A DNA stretch of 13,924 nt from Candidatus Iainarchaeum sp. (GTDB taxonomy: Archaea > Iainarchaeota > Iainarchaeia > Iainarchaeales > GCA-2688035). The notes below the pieces were generated by a model. It worked only from the letters and a program-made list of their open reading frames with translations, was not told the DNA's origin and ran no database searches. Below are positions 5,583 to 12,000 of the stretch, piece after piece; position 1 is the stretch's first letter, and every line of letters starts with the position of its first letter. A program made the position numbers and the translations under genes. Location of the stretch: contig JAQTNI010000036.1 of the NCBI GenBank assembly GCA_028713935.1, positions 1-13,924 of the forward strand, written 5' to 3'.

Positions 5583-6911
5583 ATGCCTAATAAGAAAAAA
5601 ATCCTGCTTGACGGAATCAAAAAGCTTTTGGCTTTGAAGGTTCCTGAAGAAGAAATTATTGCCAATTTAAAGGATGTCGGGATTGGAGAAAAACAGGCAA
5701 AGGCATTGATTGATGAAGTCAGGCTTGGAAAAAAAGAAGAATTGCCAGAAGAGGAAGGCAGTGAATTTGAGCCGGAAGAAAAAAAAATTGAAGACAGCGA
5801 AAGCTTTGGGGAAGAAGGCGCTTCGGAAGAAGATGCCCAGGCAGAAGCCCTGGAAAAAAATTATCCAGAAGAAGAGAAAACTCCGGAAATGAACAAGGAA
5901 GAAACTGTGGAAGAAACAGAGAATCTTGCAGAAGAAGAAACACAGGGCATTTCTAAAAAGGAAATTGAGGACAATGGCTTTGAAGAAAAAGAAGAGGAAA
6001 CAATGGAAGGCAGTGAAACTGAAGCAGGCGAACCTGAAGAAGAAGGCGGAGAAATTCAGGAAGAAATTGAAGAGGAAGAAGCAGAGGTCCCTGAAGAGGA
6101 AAAAGAAGGCACTGGGTTTTCGGAAGCCAAAGAGGACAGGGCTGAAGAAAAAAGTTTTTCAAATAAAAAAAAGCTCGCAAGGGAAGAAAAGGCTGACAAT
6201 GCTGATTTTGAAAAGCTCTGGGAAAAGGGAATTCTGACAATTGTTAACCAGAGATTGCAGGAAATGAAAGGAATTCAGGGAGAAATAGAGTCCGAATTGG
6301 GCAAGAGGGCGTCTGAAATTGCAAAAAAGGAAATTGACAAGGTTAATGTTTTGTTTGAAAGCCAGAGAGACCTGGCTGTTGAAACAATGAATGCAAAGCT
6401 TGGGCAGAAAACAAAGGAAATTGACAAGATGCTTGACGCAAAGGTCCTTGAACTAAAAGAAATTTCAAAATCAGTAAAGGGAGACATTTCAAAGCTGGAA
6501 AAATTGCAGCAGTCACAGAAAGAAGGGTTGGAGCAGATTAATGAACGGCTCGCGGGGCTTGATGAAGCAAAAAAAACCCTGATTGTGGAAATGAATTCCG
6601 ACCTGATAAAATCAAAAAGCGAAATTGAGGAATTTTTGTCTTCTTCTTCCAAAAAAGTCCAGGAAATTGAAGCGAGGGTGAATGAAACCCTTGAATTGGA
6701 ATCAAACATTGTTGACAGCCTTGTAAAAGAAACAGAAGCAAAACTGGCTTCTTCCCAGTCAGGAAGGGAAAACGCCTCTGCAAAAAAATTTGAAGAAGCA
6801 CTTGATGCACTTGGAATTGCAAGGCAGGGCTTTGAACAGCAGGCAAGGGAAAAATTATTGGAAATTGACAGGCAATTGAAACTATTGAAAAAACAGCCTG
6901 TGCAAAAATAA
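5583..6911 (+). CDS. Acidic (poly-Glu) low-complexity plus coiled-coil protein, function unknown
   Basis: 442 aa. It has a ~50-aa helical N-terminal domain (ILLDGIKKLLALKVPEEEIIANLKDVGIGEKQAKALIDEV). A ~170-aa Glu-rich region follows. The last ~230 aa carry a heptad-like coiled coil. Confidence 0.7.
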   Translation: MPNKKKILLDGIKKLLALKVPEEEIIANLKDVGIGEKQAKALIDEVRLGKKEELPEEEGSEFEPEEKKIEDSESFGEEGASEEDAQAEALEKNYPEEEKTPEMNKEETVEETENLAEEETQGISKKEIEDNGFEEKEEETMEGSETEAGEPEEEGGEIQEEIEEEEAEVPEEEKEGTGFSEAKEDRAEEKSFSNKKKLAREEKADNADFEKLWEKGILTIVNQRLQEMKGIQGEIESELGKRASEIAKKEIDKVNVLFESQRDLAVETMNAKLGQKTKEIDKMLDAKVLELKEISKSVKGDISKLEKLQQSQKEGLEQINERLAGLDEAKKTLIVEMNSDLIKSKSEIEEFLSSSSKKVQEIEARVNETLELESNIVDSLVKETEAKLASSQSGRENASAKKFEEALDALGIARQGFEQQAREKLLEIDRQLKLLKKQPVQK

Positions 6912-6982
6912 GGCTTAAAGCCAATGGAACAATATTTGGGAACTGGTTCACGCAAATGTAATCAAGAAACAGGTGAAGAAAA

Positions 6983-7594
6983 ATGAGTGGCCCAATATTT
7001 GTTGGCGCAGCCCATATTGTTGAAGACAATAAGGAAAAACCATTAACAGCCAGAATAATAGCGCTAATTAGTTCGAAAGGAAAACCAAGCAAGACTTTAT
7101 TTATTGAAGGCGAAAAAGGTGGAATAGAAGCAGGCAGTAGCTATGCTACTGCAATAAAAACTGCAGAACAACGCGGAATGCGCATTGTATGCCTAGACTT
7201 GCCAAAACTTACTCGCTCACTTAGGGAAAAGATACTTCAACATACAGACGCGCAAGTTCAAAGTTTTATCATGGGCCAGCCGCACAGACCTGACAATCTG
7301 CTAACACTCGAAATTGGGTACATGATGTACAATGTCAGGGAACGTGAGTGGAAACGAAAAATAAAATTTGCCGTAGAGGGAGACGTTGTTCTGATGCACT
7401 CCAGCCACTTGGAACGATTTTTGAGAACTATTCCAGGAAATAAAGATGTTCGATACCTTTCTCCAATAGAACCAAGACCACTCGAACTCTCGCCAGCCCA
7501 AATAGAGGAATTAAGAAGGTTGAGAAAATCGCGGCGAATACAACAAGGCCCTAAGAAACCAGGAATTGCCAAAAGACAACCGAGACGCAAATAG
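6983..7594 (+). CDS. Hypothetical protein with basic C-terminal tail and atypical codon usage
   Basis: 203 aa. AGGTGA lies 6 nt upstream of the ATG. I counted 25 CG dinucleotides in 612 nt by hand and many CGN Arg codons. The motifs VGAAH...FIEGEKG...VLMHSSH are loosely reminiscent of the TraB/TIKI/ChaN GxxH...E...H superfamily (weak). Confidence 0.6.
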   Translation: MSGPIFVGAAHIVEDNKEKPLTARIIALISSKGKPSKTLFIEGEKGGIEAGSSYATAIKTAEQRGMRIVCLDLPKLTRSLREKILQHTDAQVQSFIMGQPHRPDNLLTLEIGYMMYNVREREWKRKIKFAVEGDVVLMHSSHLERFLRTIPGNKDVRYLSPIEPRPLELSPAQIEELRRLRKSRRIQQGPKKPGIAKRQPRRK

Positions 7595-7627
7595 CCTTTT
7601 CAACCTTAAATGTGAGCGTAGCGAACC

Positions 7628-7685
7628 ACAATTTGCGCAGCAAATTGTTTCTTTCCCAAGGCTTTCTTTCTTTAGAAAGAAAGGC
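7628..7685 (-). repeat. Composite palindromic repeat, copy C (inverted relative to copy B)
   Basis: The reverse complement reads gcc-tttctttct-aaa-gaaagaaa-gcc-ttgggaaagaaa-caatttgc-tgc-gcaaattg. Confidence 0.7.
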
Positions 7686-7691
7686 TTTTTT
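7662..7691 (+). terminator. Hairpin plus T6, likely terminator of 6983..7594
   Basis: ctttctttc-ttta-gaaagaaag (9-bp stem) is followed by gcttttttaat. Confidence 0.45.
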
Positions 7692-7783
7692 AATACTTTC
7701 TTTTTAATTAATCATTATCTGCTAAATTTCTTAATTAAGCGAATTTTTGGTTTTTTAAGGTTCAATTGAAATATGTGGTTTTT

Positions 7784-8542
7784 ATGGGTTTGAGGCCGGG
7801 ACATTGTTACAGCGACCCAAGCAGGGACAGGCCTTACACGAGAGTGGCAATTACTGTGCCAAAAAAGAATTTTATTGGAGCAACTCCTGGCTTGAAAACA
7901 AGGCAGTTTAACATGGGAAACCCTGTAAAAAAATTCACTCACATTGCAGACCTTGTTGTGGAAGAAAATGTCCAGATAAGGGACAATGCAATTGAATCAG
8001 TAAGAATCTCAATAAACAGGTTTTTGAACAACAAAATTGGCAAAGAAAATTATTTCATGCGCATAAGAATTTACCCTTTTCACATTCTCCGCGAAAACAA
8101 GCAGGCACAGGGAGCCCATGCAGACAGAATCCAGAAAGGGATGAGCCATGCATTCGGAAAGCCGATTGGCAGGGCAGCAAGAATAAGGGCAGGGCAGACA
8201 ATAATGAGCATTCTTATTGACGAAATTCACATTCCTTTTGCAAAACAAGCCCTTTTGAGGGCACGGGCAAAAATGCCTGCAAGGCTAAGCGTTACAATAG
8301 GCACTGATGTTGAAAGCATTGGCACAAGGCCAAAAGTAGTGAAAGAAATCACTGCGGAAGAAATTGCTGCACAGGAAGCAGCAGGAAAAGCAAAGGAAAG
8401 CAAAAAAGAAGGCAAAGAAGCAAAAACAGAAGCAGGAACAGAAACAAAGAAAGAAGAAGCAAAGCCAGCAGCAGGAACAGGAAAAGCACCAGCAGGCGGA
8501 AAAGCAGCGGAAACAACAAAAAAAGAAGAAAAGAAAAAATAA
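7784..8542 (+). CDS. rpl10e: Ribosomal protein L10e (uL16) with ~70-aa Lys/Glu/Ala-rich C-terminal extension
   Basis: MGLRPGHCY...RPYTR...FNMGN...QIRDNAIESVRISINRF...YPFHILRENKQAQGAHADRIQKGMSHAFGKPIGRAARI matches the L10e family. The true start is ATG 7784. The tracked start at 7766 is a TTG. Confidence 0.9.
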   Translation: MGLRPGHCYSDPSRDRPYTRVAITVPKKNFIGATPGLKTRQFNMGNPVKKFTHIADLVVEENVQIRDNAIESVRISINRFLNNKIGKENYFMRIRIYPFHILRENKQAQGAHADRIQKGMSHAFGKPIGRAARIRAGQTIMSILIDEIHIPFAKQALLRARAKMPARLSVTIGTDVESIGTRPKVVKEITAEEIAAQEAAGKAKESKKEGKEAKTEAGTETKKEEAKPAAGTGKAPAGGKAAETTKKEEKKK

Positions 8543-8618
8543 GCCTTTTGAAGCGCTCGCTGATGCTCGCTTTCAAAAGCCTTGGGAAAAATGCTTCGCT
8601 TTGCAACGTGGGAAAAAC
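8543..8618 (+). repeat. Composite palindromic repeat, copy D (shortened second module)
   Basis: gccttttgaagcg[ctcgctgatgct]cgctttcaaaagccttgggaaaaa-tgcttcgc-tttgcaa. It starts immediately after the L10e stop. tgcttcgc and tttgcaa match 5271-5278 and 5290-5296 of copy B. Confidence 0.65.
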
Positions 8619-8752
8619 TCAAAGTAATCTATTTTTGTCTCAAACCCTTCCAATGGAAAAAATTAATAACCGCTTTGCCTTTATTATTTGGATTAGTGAG
8701 GCTACAGGGCCAAATCCTGTTGGGGCCCAAACTAACAGTGGAGGAATAAAAC

Positions 8753-8872
8753 ATGGCTGTACCAAAAAGAAGACCAAGCATAGCGCAATTAAAATCAAAC
8801 CTTAGAGAACATCTTATAAAGAAACAAAGGGAGAACATGCGAAAACGGTTGCTTGCCAAAAGACCCCGCTGA
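8753..8872 (+). CDS. Small basic protein (39 aa), unassigned and absent from the ORF track
   Basis: ATG 8753 lies 7 nt after GGAGG (8741-8745). Translation: MAVPKRRPSIAQLKSNLREHLIKKQRENMRKRLLAKRPR, stop TGA 8870-8872. Confidence 0.45.
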   Translation: MAVPKRRPSIAQLKSNLREHLIKKQRENMRKRLLAKRPR

Positions 8873-9007
8873 GAATGAAATAAATTTACAAATTAAGAAT
8901 TGGAAAATTATTCTTGTCAGTTCTGGTAATGGTTGCAACAAGTTTTGCCCAGAATCTTTTCAAGGCAAAAAGAATAAATAGTATAATCACCTATTTTTAC
9001 TGGTTTT

Positions 9008-12000
9008 ATGCCTTACAGGACTGTTTTGTGGTTCAATGAAATTTCTGCTGGCAATATTGGCATTGTTGGCGGAAAAGGCCTGAATCTTGGCTTAATGACA
9101 AACGCTGGATTTCCAATTCCTCCAGGCTTTGTTGTTACTGCACAGGCATATTTTGATTTTTTGGAGCAGTCAGGCATTAAAAGAAAAATTGTCCAGGAAA
9201 TAGATGCAATTGATTCAGAAAATACAAGGCAATTGGAAACTGTTTCTGAAAAAATAAGGTCTCTCATCAGGACTGCAAAAATGCCTCCTGAAATTGCCAA
9301 TGAAATCAAAAAAAATTATTTGAAATTAAGCGAAAGAAGAATTGGGTTTATTTCAAGCAGCGAGGAAAGCTTTGTTGCAGTGAGAAGCAGTGCAACTGCA
9401 GAAGACCTGCCCAGCATTTCTGAAAACGAGCATGTGCTTGTAAAAATAAATGGAAAACCGAGTTATCAAAAAATTGGGGCTTTGTATGAAAAAGTCTCGG
9501 ATGGTTCTGGTTATGAAATAGAAGTTCCTGGCATGAAGGAAAACAAGATTGCTTGGTTGAAAGTAAAAAGCTTGTTCAGGCACAAGGCGGATAAAAACAT
9601 ATTATTCAAAATAAAAACGAACACAGGCAGAGAAATAATTGTTTCCCCAAACCACAGTTTGATAAAACTTAATGAAGAAGAACTAATCCCGGAAACAGTT
9701 GGAATTTCAGAAATCAAAAAAGGAAGCAAACTGCCTGTAACTGCATTTGTTCCGGAAATCAATTGTACTGAAAAAATCAGTGTTTTGGATTTTGTAAAAG
9801 GAAAAGAAGTTACAGAAAGCAACAGCAGAATAATGATTAAGAACAATTCTTCAAACTGGAAAATACAAAACAGCCTGCCAAAAGAAATTGCCATCACAGA
9901 AGAATTCGCCTATTTCTTAGGGCAATATGTTGCAGAAGGATCTACTTACAAAAATAACTCGGTTTCAATAACAAACACGAACCACAAAATTTTGGCAAAA
10001 ATAGAAAACACATTAAGGAAATTGGGAGTTTACAAAGAGGCTAAAATTAACAAGCATTCAGTCAGGGCCTATTGCCCTTCGCTTGTAAGGTTTATGCATG
10101 AAACCTGTGGCAGGCCATTGGAAAATAAAAAAGGAAAAGGCAAATTGTGTTACACAAAAGGAGTTCCTGATTTTGTTTTTGGGCTGAGCAAAAAAAACAT
10201 TGGGGCTTTTTTAAGAGGCTGTTTTGATGGAGATGGCACAATAGGCAAAAGCGAAGTTTCGTATTCTACTGTTTCTGAAATGCTTGCGGGCGGCATAATA
10301 AAACTTTTGGAAATTCTTGGAATTAATGTGTATATCCGCAGTAAAAATTGCTTTGTAATATCAATTCCTCTGGGCGAAACTGAAAAGTTTTCTGAACTTG
10401 TTGGTTTTGAAGATGAAAACAAGGGGGCAAAATTGAAAAAAGCCCTGCAAGATTATGGGGCAAGAAAAAAGCACCCTGAATTCAAATACGGCTTGAACAT
10501 TTCAGAAAAGCTTGCGGAGAAAATAATGGCAAAAGCACAAAGCAATTTGCCAAAAGAGCTTGTTGAAGAGCAGTTCTGCAAAAATTGCGGCAAAAAAACA
10601 GAGCAAACAAGTTATTACAAGGGAAAAAAAAGATTTTTCTGCCAGAATTGCAAAAAAACCTTTTACGAAGAAAATATTGACTGTAAGCAAACAGAAAAAT
10701 ATGTTTATTATGATAACGAAGGGCATTTTGCCAAAGGAATTGTTCCCTGGAATTATGCTCACATGCAAGGAAAGCAAAGCTTAAACGAATTAAAAAGAAA
10801 ATCTCGACAATATGGCTTGGATAATTTTTTCAAGATTCTTGAAGGCAATGTAAAATGGGACGAAGTAAAAGAAATATTGCCGGTAAAATACGATGGTTGG
10901 GTTTATGATTTTGTTGTACCTGAAGAAGAAAATTTTGCAGCAGGCTTGGGAGGCATAATTACACATAACTCTGCAAGCTTTGCCGGGCAGCAGGAAACTT
11001 ATCTGAATGTCCAGGGAAAAGACAAGGTTGTTGAGGCAGTCCAGAAATGCTGGGCAAGCCTTTTCACTGCAAGGGCTGTTTATTACAGGAGAAAACAAAA
11101 TTTTTCAACTGAAAAGGTTGGAATTGCAGTTGTTGTCCAGAAAATGATTGAAAGCACTGCTTCGGGAATAATGTTCACTGCCGACCCTACAGGAGATGAA
11201 ACAAAAATAATCATTGAAGCGGGTTTTGGGCTTGGAGAGGCAATTGTAAGCGGTTCAATTACTCCTGACAATTATGTGATTGACAAGAATTCAATGAGCA
11301 TTGTTGAAAAAAGAATCAATTTTCAGGAATGGAAGCTTGTTAAAAGGGGAAAAGAAAATTTCAAGCAGATGCTGACAGAAACAGAGGGCAGGAAGCAAAA
11401 GCTTGAGGATTCAGCAATTTTGCAGTATGCAAGGATTGGAATGCATATTGAAAATTATTACAAAAAGCCCCAGGACATTGAGTTTGCAATGGAAGGAAAA
11501 GAATTGTTTATTGTGCAAAGCAGGGCAATAACCACTCTCGGCCTGAAGGAAAAGGAAGGAGTGGAAAAAGACAGGAAAGAAAAATTAAAGGCAGTAAATG
11601 CAAAAATTCTTGTTTCAGGTTTGGGGGCAAGCCCGGGAATTGTTTCAGGCAGGGTAAGAATAGTGCCGAATGTTGAGGATGTTGAAAAAGTGGAAAAAGG
11701 AGACATTCTTGTTACAAAAATGACTTCTCCTGACTGGGTTCCGACAATGAAAAAAAGCATTGCAATTGTAACAGATGCAGGCGGAAAAACATGCTTTGCT
11801 GGAAACACAAAAGTTTTGACAAACAAAGGGATAATACAGTTTGAAGAATTATTCAACAGAGCTGAAGAAGGGGAAAGTTTTTTTGCATTATCCTTGAACA
11901 AAAGAACTCTGAAGCCAGAGTGGAAAAAAATAAATGCCTGCCTGAAAAGAAAGGCAAAAACAATAAAAATTGCGGTTTCGCAAACAGGGAAAGCTAATGA

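Noticed and set aside
5201-5590. ORFs 5201..5590 and 5221..5493 in the gap between the membrane protein and the acidic protein
   Set aside because: Their sequences (repeated FFW/LFW/SFF strings) simply translate the T-rich tandem repeats and hairpins. 5201 starts at a non-ATG codon and has no ribosome-binding site. They overlap each other in different frames.
5710-7092. Lys-rich and Leu/Pro/Phe-rich ORFs in alternative frames and antisense (5710..5892, 5719..5943, 5926..6237, 5953..6240, 6275..6955, 6538..7092)
   Set aside because: They are frame-shifted or antisense readings of the GAA/AAG-rich acidic coiled-coil gene. They are homopolymer-like and have no start context.
8009-8627. ORFs 8009..8248, 8227..8622, 8349..8606 and 8364..8627 overlapping the L10e gene
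   Set aside because: They are alternative-frame or antisense readings of the L10e gene, three of them mainly of its low-complexity K/E/A tail. The L10e frame is clearly the real one.
8753-8872. Calling the 39-aa ORF bacterial-type ribosomal protein bL32 because it starts MAVPKRR
   Set aside because: Similarity is limited to the first 7 residues. bL32 is not expected in archaea, and the rest lacks the bL32 core and zinc-knuckle region.
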